The notes under the pieces are model-generated. The model searched no databases. It was given only the letters and a program-made list of their open reading frames with translations, and had not been told where the DNA came from. A DNA stretch of 62,397 nucleotides from Candidatus Delongbacteria bacterium. Lineage in GTDB: Bacteria; UBA4055. The position numbers were made by a program, and so were the translations under genes. The stretch is taken from assembly GCA_016937995.1 (NCBI GenBank), contig JAFGVM010000098.1:1-62397 (forward strand), written 5' to 3'. Shown here piece after piece: positions 38,307 through 48,914 of this stretch. Positions within the stretch are counted from its first letter, which is position 1. Each line of letters starts with the position of its first letter.

Positions 38307-39971
38307 ATGAAAAAAATAATTTTAATCGGTCTTTTCCTTTATACTTTTCTTCTGAATGCTGCTAACGGAGTACAATTGGAAGGTGGTTTTAAAGTTGGAC
38401 CGGCGATAATTCTAATATCTATACTGGTATTGTTTGTACTGGTAGGAGTATTTAATCAGGCAAAAGACACATCTGACTATTATGCTGCGGGAAGAAGTAT
38501 TTCTCGAGTTGGCTCAGGTATGGCTATTGCATCAAACTGGATGAGTGCGGCTTCATTTCTTGGAATGGCTGCTCTTATGTACGGATCGGGTTATCACGGC
38601 CTGGCTTATGTTGTGGGTTGGACAGGTGGATATGTACTTCTACTTATCCTTATGGCAGGCCAGATCAGAAAATATGGAAAATACACCGCACCTGATTTTA
38701 TTGGTGATAGATACTATTCTACCGGATTGAGAGCTGTATCAGCAATAGTTGCGATTTTAATATCCATTTCTTATTGCGTTGGTCAATTCGGAGGTATCGG
38801 TCTGATGTTCAAATGGGTTTTGGGGTTGGATTATTATTGGTCTGTCATCATCGGAGGTACTGTAGTTTTGGCTTATACTATGATATCTGGAATGCTCGGA
38901 GTTACTAAAAATATGCAGATCCAGTATGTGATTATTATTGTATCATTCTTAATCCCGCTGTTCATGATGACTTTTAAATTTGACTACTTCTGGCTGTTAC
39001 CTCAAATCGGATACGGTGCTGCAGTCAGTGATATCGTAAACGGAATACCTGCTCCAGAGATCAGTAACCTGCTCAATGCGTTCGGACATGACTTTGCGAT
39101 TCTGCCGAGTCCTGAATATGCTATGCCTTGGGATGCTTCAACCGGTCAGACATTCTTTCAATGGATGGCTATTGTTTTCTCCCTAATGCTTGGAACAGCA
39201 GGATTACCACATGTAATTCAGAGATTCTATGTAGTACCTAGGGCTAGAGATGCCAGATGGTCTGTTGTTTGGGGTTTATTCTTCATTTCAATTTTATATT
39301 GGAGTGCTCCGGTATTCTCAGCATTAGGAAAAATACTTTCGGCAAATCCTGAGATCGGTCAGCTTGCACCGGATGCAATTGTAATTTATACTGCTCAGAT
39401 CGCAAATCTTAATCCTCTTATTGTAGGATTTTTGGCTGCAGGAGCAATTTCTGCTGCTTTTTCTACAGTTTCAGGACTTCTTGTTGCGGGAGCCTCTGCT
39501 TTCTCACATGACCTATATTTTAAAGTTCTTAACCCAGATTCTACTCCTAAGAAGCAGATGTTCATGGCAAGAATGGCGACAATTCTTATGACAATTATCG
39601 TTATGGCAATTGCAATGTTGAAACTTGCATTGATAGCTCAGCTGGTGGCTTTGGCATTCTCATTGGCCGCTGTAACTATCTTCCCATTATTCCTTTTGGG
39701 GATCTGGTGGAGTGGATCGAACAAGAAAGGAGCAATTGCTGGTTTGACTGTCGGATTAACCGTAGCAGGTATATCATTAGTTTATTTCCTTTCCGCAAAA
39801 TACGGATGGGCTTTACCTGGTCAGGAATTCTTTACATTCTGGTTGGGTGCATGGTATTTCGCATGGATCGGTGCTCCTTTGGCTATACTTACAAATATCG
39901 TTGTTTCTCTTTTCACTGAAGAAACTCCTTACGAGATAAGAAAGTTCTTAGTGGAGAAAGTTCATACATAA
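38307..39971 (+). CDS. actP: Sodium:solute symporter, ActP-like (cation/acetate)
   Basis: DYYAAGR, ASNWMSAASFLG, GWTGGY, GTAGLPHVIQRFY, SAFSHDLY; many TM helices. Confidence 0.82.
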   Translation: MKKIILIGLFLYTFLLNAANGVQLEGGFKVGPAIILISILVLFVLVGVFNQAKDTSDYYAAGRSISRVGSGMAIASNWMSAASFLGMAALMYGSGYHGLAYVVGWTGGYVLLLILMAGQIRKYGKYTAPDFIGDRYYSTGLRAVSAIVAILISISYCVGQFGGIGLMFKWVLGLDYYWSVIIGGTVVLAYTMISGMLGVTKNMQIQYVIIIVSFLIPLFMMTFKFDYFWLLPQIGYGAAVSDIVNGIPAPEISNLLNAFGHDFAILPSPEYAMPWDASTGQTFFQWMAIVFSLMLGTAGLPHVIQRFYVVPRARDARWSVVWGLFFISILYWSAPVFSALGKILSANPEIGQLAPDAIVIYTAQIANLNPLIVGFLAAGAISAAFSTVSGLLVAGASAFSHDLYFKVLNPDSTPKKQMFMARMATILMTIIVMAIAMLKLALIAQLVALAFSLAAVTIFPLFLLGIWWSGSNKKGAIAGLTVGLTVAGISLVYFLSAKYGWALPGQEFFTFWLGAWYFAWIGAPLAILTNIVVSLFTEETPYEIRKFLVEKVHT

Positions 39972-40002
39972 GTTTACTTCAGAGAAATAATTGATTATAT
40001 TT

Positions 40003-40032
40003 AAGCTCGGATCTGGATCCGAGCTTTTTTTA
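40003..40032 (+). terminator. Rho-independent terminator after actP
   Basis: AAGCTCGGATC/GATCCGAGCTT stem followed by a T-tract. Confidence 0.8.
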
Positions 40033-40102
40033 TAAAAAAAATGTTCATGGAACAAGGGTTTTCAACCCCTTGCAACATCGAATCATAATATAAAGGAGAA
40101 CT

Positions 40103-40849
40103 ATGATAAACCTGACACCAGGTACTAAAAAACTTACCGTTATAATGCTGATCATTACAGTGATCGGTGTATTGATTGCTTACAATTACTACAGCTATAT
40201 TAACGAAATTGAAGATCCAAGGATATTACATATAAAAAAAATACATTTGAGATACAATCAGGCTGTTACTGAAAATACGATTGGTGAAGCTATCGCATTG
40301 CTGGATTTTATGGATACTGAATACAGTAAGATCCGGCATTATCACAATTCATTTGAGCGTGGAGTACTCTGCACAGATAAAGCAGCTATTTATTTAACAA
40401 TGGCATTGTATCACACAACTGATGAAGATGAAAAATTAAAATTCCTGGACCTTTCCAAGGCATTTCTTGACAGTTGTATTCATTTTTATGATAATTGGCA
40501 AAACGAATATTCTGATCTTAATGAAGATATGATCAATGAAAAGGTTACTCAAGACTTTTCAGACATTGAATCTGATTACAAAGCTGATATTATCGCTAAG
40601 AGAATTATCGATATAAAATTTGCTCTGGAGGAAATAGATAGAAGATATTCTGTGACATACACAAACCTTGGTATCGTTATGCGCCATAAACTCAAGCAGG
40701 ATTCTGCTATTTTCTTTTATAAAAAAGCTCTCGATCTCTGGAAAGATAATCATGTTGCCAAAAGTAACCTGAATGTACTTATGGGTGGAGAGCCTATCAA
40801 AAGAGGGATGCTGGAAAAGATGTTCCCGCCTGAGAGAGATAAAGAGTAA
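40103..40849 (+). CDS. Membrane-anchored TPR protein
   Basis: N-terminal TM helix; C-terminal TPR YTNLGIV...AIFFYKKALDLW..NHVAKSNL. Confidence 0.78.
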   Translation: MINLTPGTKKLTVIMLIITVIGVLIAYNYYSYINEIEDPRILHIKKIHLRYNQAVTENTIGEAIALLDFMDTEYSKIRHYHNSFERGVLCTDKAAIYLTMALYHTTDEDEKLKFLDLSKAFLDSCIHFYDNWQNEYSDLNEDMINEKVTQDFSDIESDYKADIIAKRIIDIKFALEEIDRRYSVTYTNLGIVMRHKLKQDSAIFFYKKALDLWKDNHVAKSNLNVLMGGEPIKRGMLEKMFPPERDKE

Positions 40850-40928
40850 AAAAAAGGCAATTCATTCGGATTGACCTTAAAAATGAACTCGAAAAAGGGA
40901 TATAGATCATTATACCCCATCGCTTTTT

Positions 40929-42980
40929 TTACTTCTCTATTCTTATCCTTGCATCTACTGCAATAACACTATTAGCTGTTCCAAGTAGAGGATTCAGGTC
41001 TAACTCCCTTATCTCAGGAGCTACTTCAACCAATTTTGAAAGTCTTGTGATTATCTCAGCAAAAATATCTTCATTAACGCCTTCTTTACCTCTGACACCT
41101 TTAACGATCTTATAACTTTTTAACGATCTTATCATTGATAAAGCTTCCTCTTTATATATCGGGGCCAAAGATTGAGCTGTATCTTTAAAAACCTCAATAT
41201 AAATACCACCTAATCCACAAAGGATCATGTGACCGAAGTTATCTTCGTAATTAACACCTGCAAAGAATTCGCTTCCGGATAGCATAGGCTGGATCAGAAT
41301 TCCTTCAAAACCTTCTATCTGCTCCATTCTATAATATTCATCCCTGATCTCCTGTTCTGATGTAATATTTAAAGCGATACCGCCTACATCTGACTTATGG
41401 ACCGGACCAACTATCTTCATTACAATAGGATAATCAAATTCTTCAGCTTTTTCTATTATACCGTTGATATCTTTAGAAACAAATTCCGGAACTCTTGGAA
41501 TACCAGCAGCATCTAAGATATTAACAACATTATTTGGTTGAAGATATCCGTTCTCAGACGAATCTATAATACTTCTAATAGCAGTAGTATCAACATTTAC
41601 AGTATCCTCATCTGGAAAGTCAGCATTAGAGTTATGAACAGAAGTTAAAGCATTTCCCAGATTAACTTCATCAGAAAAATAAACTCTTCCAAGAGATTTG
41701 AAGTGCTCGATCTCTTTTTCTGTTGTCACAATGGAAGGTAATAACGGGAATATCGGCTTTTTCGAGGTCTTCATTTTCTCATTAAGAAGATCATAAACAT
41801 CGTAGATCTCAAATAATCCCGGAGAACCGAAGATAACGACCATTCCATCAATGTTATCAAATTTATTATCAACATAATCAATTATTATTCCAAGCTGCTC
41901 AGCATTTCCTGTTGCTAAAAAATCTATTGGATTGCTTACTGATGATCCCGGATATAATTTTTCCAGTAATTCTTCAGCATATTTTCCTTCAAGATGAGGA
42001 ACTGACATTCCACCCTTGGAAAGACTGTCGGTAAGCATAACACCCGGACCACCAGCATGAGTTATTACCGCAATATTTTTACCTTTTAATTCTTTTTGAG
42101 ATAAAATTGAAGCAACATAAATAAGTTCTTCTCTACCATAGCATCTTACAATACCTGCTTTTTTAAAAAGAGCTTCAACTGCTTTGTCCGGTGTTGCCAG
42201 AGCTCCTGTATGTGAAGAAGCTGCCCGACTACCTGCATCAGAACTTCCCGCTTTTATTGCAGCTATTTTACATCCCTTTCTGATAAGAGACCTTGCGTGT
42301 TTCAACAACAGGCTAGGTTTATTAATATTTTCCATATAAAGAAGTTTAACTTTTGAACTTTTATCCTGATCGAATGTCTCATCCCAATATTTTAAAACTT
42401 CCTCAACACCTATCTGAGCACTGTTGCCAACTGAAAAAAGACTTGCAAACGAAAGCCCCATAGGCATACCTTTTTCGATAATAAATGCTGCAGTTGCCCC
42501 TGAACCACTGACAAAATCACAACCTTTGGGATCAAGTTTTGGTATCGGTCCTGCAAAAATACCGTTATAACTTGGATTCAGAACACCGATACAGTTAGGT
42601 CCTATCAGTGAGGCCTTGTTTTTATTTACTATTTCAACGATCTCTCTTTCCAACATTTTTCCTTTTTCACCCATTTCTCCAAAACCTGCAGAGAGTATAA
42701 TGAATGCTTTTGTATTCTTTTTTTCAGCCAAAATAGTTACATATTCCTTAACATATTTTACTGCCACAGCGATTATCGCAAGCTCAACTTCAGGGAGTTC
42801 TTCAATGGAATGACAATTAATTCCCTGAACGACGTTCTCTTTTGCGTTTATTGCATAAATATTACCTGAAAAATTGCCTGAAAGAATATTTTTAAGAACT
42901 TTACCGCCGATCTTTGACGGATTTTCAGAAGCACCTACGACCACTATAGATCTAGGATTTATCAATTCATTATTAATCAT
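40929..42980 (-). CDS. ADP-forming acyl-CoA synthetase (fused alpha/beta, acetate-CoA ligase family)
   Basis: PRSIVVVGAS, IGPNCIG, AASSHTGAL phospho-His, SNPID, HKSDVGG, LDLNPL, VDARI. Confidence 0.9.
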   Translation of the reverse strand: MINNELINPRSIVVVGASENPSKIGGKVLKNILSGNFSGNIYAINAKENVVQGINCHSIEELPEVELAIIAVAVKYVKEYVTILAEKKNTKAFIILSAGFGEMGEKGKMLEREIVEIVNKNKASLIGPNCIGVLNPSYNGIFAGPIPKLDPKGCDFVSGSGATAAFIIEKGMPMGLSFASLFSVGNSAQIGVEEVLKYWDETFDQDKSSKVKLLYMENINKPSLLLKHARSLIRKGCKIAAIKAGSSDAGSRAASSHTGALATPDKAVEALFKKAGIVRCYGREELIYVASILSQKELKGKNIAVITHAGGPGVMLTDSLSKGGMSVPHLEGKYAEELLEKLYPGSSVSNPIDFLATGNAEQLGIIIDYVDNKFDNIDGMVVIFGSPGLFEIYDVYDLLNEKMKTSKKPIFPLLPSIVTTEKEIEHFKSLGRVYFSDEVNLGNALTSVHNSNADFPDEDTVNVDTTAIRSIIDSSENGYLQPNNVVNILDAAGIPRVPEFVSKDINGIIEKAEEFDYPIVMKIVGPVHKSDVGGIALNITSEQEIRDEYYRMEQIEGFEGILIQPMLSGSEFFAGVNYEDNFGHMILCGLGGIYIEVFKDTAQSLAPIYKEEALSMIRSLKSYKIVKGVRGKEGVNEDIFAEIITRLSKLVEVAPEIRELDLNPLLGTANSVIAVDARIRIEK

Positions 42981-43010
42981 ATCTGACTCTGGTTTACCAT
43001 TATTTAAATT

Positions 43011-43388
43011 TTATTTTATCGCTATCGTTTCTATCTCTATCAGTACTGACAAAGGCAATTCTTTTACGGCGAAAGCTGCTCTTGCAGGGAAAGGAGCAGA
43101 ATAATACTTTGAGTAAACATCGTTCATTGCTTTGAAATTTGCCATATCTGAAAGTAAACATGTTGTTTTTACAACATCACTAAAACTATATCCTGCCTCT
43201 TTAAGTATAGATTCAATATTCTTAAATACCATTTCGGTTTGTTCTGTTATAGTACCTTCAACTATTTTACCGGTTGCGGGATCTACAGGTAATTGACCTG
43301 AAATATATAATATCCCGTTTTTCTCTATTGCCTGACTGTAAGGTCCTATGGCTTTCGGTGCATTTTCTGTGTTTATCATCTTTTTCAT
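43011..43388 (-). CDS. ridA: RidA family enamine/imine deaminase
   Basis: APKAIGPYSQA, SGQLP, VVKTT, PARA, EIETIA. Confidence 0.93.
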   Translation of the reverse strand: MKKMINTENAPKAIGPYSQAIEKNGILYISGQLPVDPATGKIVEGTITEQTEMVFKNIESILKEAGYSFSDVVKTTCLLSDMANFKAMNDVYSKYYSAPFPARAAFAVKELPLSVLIEIETIAIK

Positions 43389-43403
43389 AGATCTTCCTTA
43401 TCG

Positions 43404-44780
43404 TTATATTTTATCCAACTTTACAGTAAAGTGTCTCATTATCGGAGCTTCCGATAAAATTTTAAGACCGTTCTTATATTCATTTCTTCTGTCAAACACA
43501 TTCTTCATTGAAGCAGCTATATAATCCATGTGATTATTTGTGTAGACCCTCCTTGGGATAGCAAGTCTGAGAAGTTCTAATTTAGGATATCTGTCTTCTC
43601 TTGTAACTGGATCTCTATCCGCCAACAAAGTACCTATTTCAACACCTCTTACTCCACCTTCAACATAAAGCTCAACACCTAATAACTGAGCAGGATATTC
43701 ACTCTGAGGAATGTGAGGGAAGAATTTTTTTGCATCAACAAAAATGGCATGTCCACCGAAAGGTTCCATAACAGGAATACCGTAGTCTTTCATTTTCTGA
43801 CCAAGATATGCAACCTGTTTTATCCTTGACTCCAAATAATCAAATTCAGTTCCTTCATCAAGACCCTGAGCCAGTGCTCCCATATCTCTTCCACTCATAC
43901 CACCGTAAGTAATAAATCCTTCATAGATAATGTTAAAAGTTGAAGCCTGTTTAAATAAGTCTTCATCTCTAAGACCGATGAAACCACCCATATTTACAAT
44001 AGCATCTTTCTTGCTGCTCATGGTCATTCCATCTGCGTATGAGAAAGTCTCTTTCACTATATCTTTGATAGTTTTATCCTGATATCCCTCTTCTCTTATC
44101 TTGATAAAATATGCATTTTCTGCAAATCTGGCACTGTCAATTATCAGTCTTGTTCCATATTTCTTACAAAGTTCTGAAACTCCCTTTAAATTCTTCATTG
44201 ATACCGGTTGTCCTCCGGATGTATTATTCGTAAGTGTCATAATGACCATAGGTATCTTTTCTATCGGGTTTTCAGATAGAACTTTTTCCAGTTTTTCAAG
44301 ATCCACATTTCCTTTGAAAGGATGGATCAGAGTTGAATCAAAAGCTTCTTCAATTGTACAATCAACAGCTATAGCTTTTCTGAATTCAATATGACCTTTC
44401 GTTGTATCAAAATGTGAGTTTCCAGGAACTATATCCCCTTCTTTAACCAATACTGAAAATAGCACATTTTCAGCTGCTCTTCCCTGGTGAGTGGGAAGAA
44501 AATATTCAAAACCCAATATATCTTTAATAGCTTTTTTTAATTTGTAATAAGACCTTGCTCCGGCATAACTCTCATCACCGATCATTATTTCAGCCCACTG
44601 TTTATCACTCATCGCTCCGGTCCCTGAATCTGTTAACAGGTCGATGTAGACATAATCACTCTTTAGATTGAAAAGGTTGTAACTGGCTTCTTTGATCAGA
44701 CTATACCTTTCTTCTTTTGTGGTCCTTTTCAGCATTTCAATACTTTTGATCTTAAAAGGTTCTGCGTATGGTAAATCCAT
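43404..44780 (-). CDS. tnaA: Tryptophanase (beta-eliminating lyase)
   Basis: IDLLTDSGT, HQGRAAE, MSSKKD PLP lysine; the residues FDTT and RHFT match tryptophanase rather than tyrosine phenol-lyase (FTTT, RFFT); start moved to ATG 44780 after a GGAG SD. Confidence 0.85.
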   Translation of the reverse strand: MDLPYAEPFKIKSIEMLKRTTKEERYSLIKEASYNLFNLKSDYVYIDLLTDSGTGAMSDKQWAEIMIGDESYAGARSYYKLKKAIKDILGFEYFLPTHQGRAAENVLFSVLVKEGDIVPGNSHFDTTKGHIEFRKAIAVDCTIEEAFDSTLIHPFKGNVDLEKLEKVLSENPIEKIPMVIMTLTNNTSGGQPVSMKNLKGVSELCKKYGTRLIIDSARFAENAYFIKIREEGYQDKTIKDIVKETFSYADGMTMSSKKDAIVNMGGFIGLRDEDLFKQASTFNIIYEGFITYGGMSGRDMGALAQGLDEGTEFDYLESRIKQVAYLGQKMKDYGIPVMEPFGGHAIFVDAKKFFPHIPQSEYPAQLLGVELYVEGGVRGVEIGTLLADRDPVTREDRYPKLELLRLAIPRRVYTNNHMDYIAASMKNVFDRRNEYKNGLKILSEAPIMRHFTVKLDKI

Positions 44781-44976
44781 TTTATTTCTCCATAAATTTA
44801 ATGTATCTGTTATTGATATTTTCAGTGTAATAAAGAAATAATTAAAATGCGGGAACTGGAATACAAACGAAAATATCCTCACATTGAAGTATTATTTCGT
44901 GAAGCTGATATTTACATGTCATATTTTCCATTGCGAATAATATAAAATAAAAGAGTCGAAATCAAAATTAAAATTA

Positions 44977-45459
44977 TTAAAAAGAATATGTTAGTATTAC
45001 ACCGGCATAAGTGGGTGAGATGGTTAATTTATCACCTTTTGTAATAATATCCCTTTTAAAATCAGAAAAGTAGGAATCGACATAAGCATCACCTGCAGAA
45101 AGAAGAATCGTTCCAATTGATAACCAGATAAAATTGTTCCGTTCTTTTTTGTACCTGTCAACAAGAAATTCTAAATTATTTAATTTTTGCAGATCAGGAT
45201 ATAGTTCCATACCTAATTTATCTATATCATCCTGTACATCATTAAGTCTCTGATTTTGGATAATAGCACCATAAATAAATACTGATTCAGCAGCAATATA
45301 AACACATGCTTTCAAATACTTCTGGTTATATATCTGACCTCCGCCAGGTATCGCCAGTGATAGAAAAAGGGGAACCTTGTGGTTTGATTCCCCTTTTAAA
45401 CTTAAACTACATAATAATGATATCAATAAAAAAAATGTATTTATATATCCGTTACTCAT
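44977..45459 (-). CDS. DUF5683-like membrane protein
   Basis: SLAIPGGGQIYN.KY.K motif; C-terminal DAYVD. Confidence 0.7.
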   Translation of the reverse strand: MSNGYINTFFLLISLLCSLSLKGESNHKVPLFLSLAIPGGGQIYNQKYLKACVYIAAESVFIYGAIIQNQRLNDVQDDIDKLGMELYPDLQKLNNLEFLVDRYKKERNNFIWLSIGTILLSAGDAYVDSYFSDFKRDIITKGDKLTISPTYAGVILTYSF

Positions 45460-45468
45460 TTGTTTTTT

Positions 45469-46704
45469 CTAACCTTCAAGTGCCTCACCCATAGTGAAGA
45501 TAGGAAGATAGATCGCAACAACGATACCTCCAATGACCACACCCATGATAACGATAAGCAACGGTTCCATTAGAGATGAGAATCCTTTGATTTTCAATGC
45601 AACCTCAGCATCATAATACTCTGCGATCTTTTGCATTAATTCATCGATCTTACCTGTCTCTTCACCTGTCTCAATAAGTTGAATTAAAACATCGTCGAAT
45701 CTGTTTGCTTTCTTAAATGCAACTGACAATTCAATACCGTTACTAACATCAGTTCCAGCCTGCTTTAAAGCATTCTCATAAACGTAATTATTTGCAACAC
45801 GAGATGCGATCTCCATTGATTCAAGCATTGAAGTACCTGAGCTTAATAATAAAGCCAAAGTACTAGTTACCCTGGAAACAATGATCTGTCGGACAAGTTC
45901 TCCGAAAACAGGAGCGGTAATGATAAATTTATCCCATCCGTTCTGTACACCTTTCAATTTAAACAGCATCTTAATGCCATAAAACACTCCGGCCATACTT
46001 CCTATTACAAGGAAGAAATGGGCTTGCAATAAATCAGATGCATTCACAAGCATCTGAGTAGGAGCAGGCAGCTCACCACCCAAACTGCTAAATAGACCCT
46101 GGAATACAGGAATGATTTTCCAGACAATAATGAATACTGCAACAGCAGTAAATGACAGTACCATTTTAGGATACATCATAGCTGATTTTATGGATTGACG
46201 CATATTTGCTGTTTTTTCCATATATATCGCTAATGATCCCATTGCTTTCTCCAAATTACCTGAAGCCTCACCGGCTCTGACAATGTTCACATACATCTGA
46301 TCAAACTGTTTTGGGTGTTTACCAAGTGCCGATGAAAAATCAGAACCCGCGTTAATATCTTCATAAAGTTGATTCAAAATGGTCTTTAAAAGTATATTCT
46401 TCTGAGAATCAGCGATATTCTTAATACTTTTAGTGATCGTTACACCGGCGTTTATGAACGTAACCATCTGCCTAGTAAAGAAAACAAGATCTTCCAGTTT
46501 GATCTTTGTAGTCATTAGAGCTAATTTATCATTTAATGCCTGGAATCCTCCACCTGACTTATCCATCTTGATCTCAGTAATACTTACCGGTATCATATTC
46601 TGTTGCTGGAGTTTATTTACAACTTCGGTTTGACCTCCTGCCATGATCTCACCGGAAACGGTTTTCCCCGCAACATCTTTAGCTACATACCTGAACTTTG
46701 GCAT
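45469..46704 (-). CDS. pilC: Type IV pilus platform protein (PilC/GspF)
   Basis: FTRQM, AGEASGNL, SAMMYP, LPAPT, GEETGKID, MEPLLI, YLPIF. Confidence 0.92.
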   Translation of the reverse strand: MPKFRYVAKDVAGKTVSGEIMAGGQTEVVNKLQQQNMIPVSITEIKMDKSGGGFQALNDKLALMTTKIKLEDLVFFTRQMVTFINAGVTITKSIKNIADSQKNILLKTILNQLYEDINAGSDFSSALGKHPKQFDQMYVNIVRAGEASGNLEKAMGSLAIYMEKTANMRQSIKSAMMYPKMVLSFTAVAVFIIVWKIIPVFQGLFSSLGGELPAPTQMLVNASDLLQAHFFLVIGSMAGVFYGIKMLFKLKGVQNGWDKFIITAPVFGELVRQIIVSRVTSTLALLLSSGTSMLESMEIASRVANNYVYENALKQAGTDVSNGIELSVAFKKANRFDDVLIQLIETGEETGKIDELMQKIAEYYDAEVALKIKGFSSLMEPLLIVIMGVVIGGIVVAIYLPIFTMGEALEG

Positions 46705-46738
46705 AATATCTTCCTCAAGTTTATTAGATTCTCAAAAA

Positions 46739-48892
46739 TTAATTACTGTATGATAGTGCTTCCTCAAGATCCATTTTGCCATCTTTGAAATGTCTTATAG
46801 CATCTTCTCTCAGTGTCCAGTAAGTTCCCTCTTCTTTAGCAACATCACCGATCTCCAAAGCTGTTGCTCCTGCCATAACTGCTGATCTTATCTTTTTTGT
46901 CATCTCCATCATCTCAACGATCGCAACACGTCCTGCACGGCCTGTTCCCTTACAGTTAGCACAACCCTCTCCCTTATAAAATTTACCGTTTTGAATCTCA
47001 TCTTCTGTTAATCCAAGACCAATAAGTTGTTTTTTGTCATAATCATGCTCAACTTTGCACATTTTGCAAATTGTTCTACCAAGTCTTTGAGCTAATATCA
47101 GGTTAACAACCGTACCGACTAAATACTCTTTCAGTCCCATTTCCACAAAACGTGTAATAGTTGATGGAGCATCATTGGTATGCAACGTACTGAAAACAAG
47201 GTGACCGGTCAGCGCAGCCTCGCAACCAATATGGGCAGTTTCGTAGTCTCTCATCTCTCCAATAAGCACAACATCAGGGTCTTGACGAAGGATTTGACGA
47301 AGTGCTGTAGCAAATGTAAAATCCTGTTGTCTGTCTATCTGACATTGAATTATACCTTCGTTAACAAGCTCGACCGGATCTTCTACAGCCACAATGTTAA
47401 GTCTGACATTCTTTATATAATTCAAAGCGGACTGGAGTGTATTTGTTTTACCCGATCCTGTTGGTCCGGTCACAAGAACCATTCCATCCTTGTTTTTAAT
47501 TCCCCTGATGAATGCATCAATATATATCTGATTTCCACTAAAAATGCCTTCAATAGGAAATAGTGCTTCCGACTTCAAAAGACGTAATACAATTTTTTCA
47601 CCATGAATAGTAGGTAGTGTACCGACACGGAAGTCAATAGCCCTTCCTCTTAATTTCAACCTGATCTTACCATCCTGAGGACGTTTTTTAACATCAAGCT
47701 TCATAGTACCAGTCAAAACTTTGATCCTTGCTGATAACGGAGCTTTCAGTTTTGCAGGTAATTTCTCGTAACCAGTCGGAATATAAAGATCACCATCCTT
47801 TCTGAACCTGATCTGTAAAAACTTGTCGTGAGGTTCAACGTGAATATCTGAAGTTCCGTCAAGGTCTGCCTTAGCAAGAATACTGTTAACTAGCTTAATG
47901 ATAGGTGCTGAATCTGGATCACCCTCTTCATCTTCTGATACCGCAGCCAATTCCTCAACACTGATATCATCTTCATCACCGAAAACATCATTAAGAGCAG
48001 AAGATGCTGATTTTGTTGATTCTAGCTTCTTATACAGATCCTCAATTGCCGCTTCTATTTTGTCTTTTGTCGAATATATAGGAATGATAGACATCTGAGC
48101 TATCATTTTAAGATTGTCAGTAACTGCAAGATCATCAGGATTTAACATTGCTACAGTTAATCCGAACTCATCTTTGGAAAGTGGGATTAGAACATGTTTT
48201 CTTGCGAAATCTTCAGGTACTTTCAATAAGATATCATCAGGTATGGCATTAAACATTTTATCATCGGCAATACCATATCCCTTTTGTTCAGAAAGTGCCA
48301 ATACCAGATCATCTTCGGTCATTAGCTCCATATCAACCAGAGTTACTCCAAGCATTTTTCCCGTCTCTTTCTGTTGCTGAAGTGCTTCTAAAAGATCTTC
48401 CTCACTTATATAGCCGTTATCTATTAGAAACTGTCCGAAATAGTTCCTACTGCTACCGAATTCTTTCCTGACCATGTCAGAAGTTTGACCTTCAGGCTGA
48501 ACTGTACCTTTTTTTGATAAATGATTTTTTATCTTGTCTATCAACTCTTCGTTTTCAACCGGTTTTGAAAGAAAATCATTTATATGGCTTTCCGAAAAAG
48601 CTTTTATCGCTACATCCATATTTCCAAAGCCTGTTAGTATCATTGACATTACTTCAGGCTGCAATTCTTTGATTTTTTTTATCGTCTCAATACCATCCAT
48701 TTCAGGCATGTTAAGGTCTGAAATTATAAGATCAAAATCCTGTGTTTTGGCCATTTCAAGCGCAATAACACCATTTTCTGCCTGAAAAGTGTTTGTGAAA
48801 CCTTCTGATATCAGAAGATCATAATATGTTTCCCTCAGATCATCGTCATCATCAATAATTATAATATTTGAATTTAAAATTTCATCAGCCAT
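46739..48892 (-). CDS. pilB: Type IV pilus assembly ATPase with N-terminal receiver and MshEN-like domains
   Basis: REC (IIDDD, SDLNMPEMDG, LTG, SKP); SDIHVEP, PQDG, GPTGSGKT, EDPVE, LRQDPD, TGHLVFSTLHTND, tetracysteine zinc motif. Confidence 0.92.
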   Translation of the reverse strand: MADEILNSNIIIIDDDDDLRETYYDLLISEGFTNTFQAENGVIALEMAKTQDFDLIISDLNMPEMDGIETIKKIKELQPEVMSMILTGFGNMDVAIKAFSESHINDFLSKPVENEELIDKIKNHLSKKGTVQPEGQTSDMVRKEFGSSRNYFGQFLIDNGYISEEDLLEALQQQKETGKMLGVTLVDMELMTEDDLVLALSEQKGYGIADDKMFNAIPDDILLKVPEDFARKHVLIPLSKDEFGLTVAMLNPDDLAVTDNLKMIAQMSIIPIYSTKDKIEAAIEDLYKKLESTKSASSALNDVFGDEDDISVEELAAVSEDEEGDPDSAPIIKLVNSILAKADLDGTSDIHVEPHDKFLQIRFRKDGDLYIPTGYEKLPAKLKAPLSARIKVLTGTMKLDVKKRPQDGKIRLKLRGRAIDFRVGTLPTIHGEKIVLRLLKSEALFPIEGIFSGNQIYIDAFIRGIKNKDGMVLVTGPTGSGKTNTLQSALNYIKNVRLNIVAVEDPVELVNEGIIQCQIDRQQDFTFATALRQILRQDPDVVLIGEMRDYETAHIGCEAALTGHLVFSTLHTNDAPSTITRFVEMGLKEYLVGTVVNLILAQRLGRTICKMCKVEHDYDKKQLIGLGLTEDEIQNGKFYKGEGCANCKGTGRAGRVAIVEMMEMTKKIRSAVMAGATALEIGDVAKEEGTYWTLREDAIRHFKDGKMDLEEALSYSN

Positions 48893-48914
48893 AATTCTCT
48901 TCCAAATTTAATTA

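Noticed and set aside
43404-44780. Tyrosine phenol-lyase assignment
   Set aside because: Specificity positions are Asp (FDTT) and His (RHFT), as in tryptophanase
44781-44882. N-terminal extension of tnaA given by the ORF track (start 44882)
   Set aside because: Family similarity starts at MDLPYAEPF (ATG 44780), which has a GGAG SD
44781-44976. TnaC leader peptide
   Set aside because: The only clear small ORF lacks the essential Trp and the terminal Pro of TnaC
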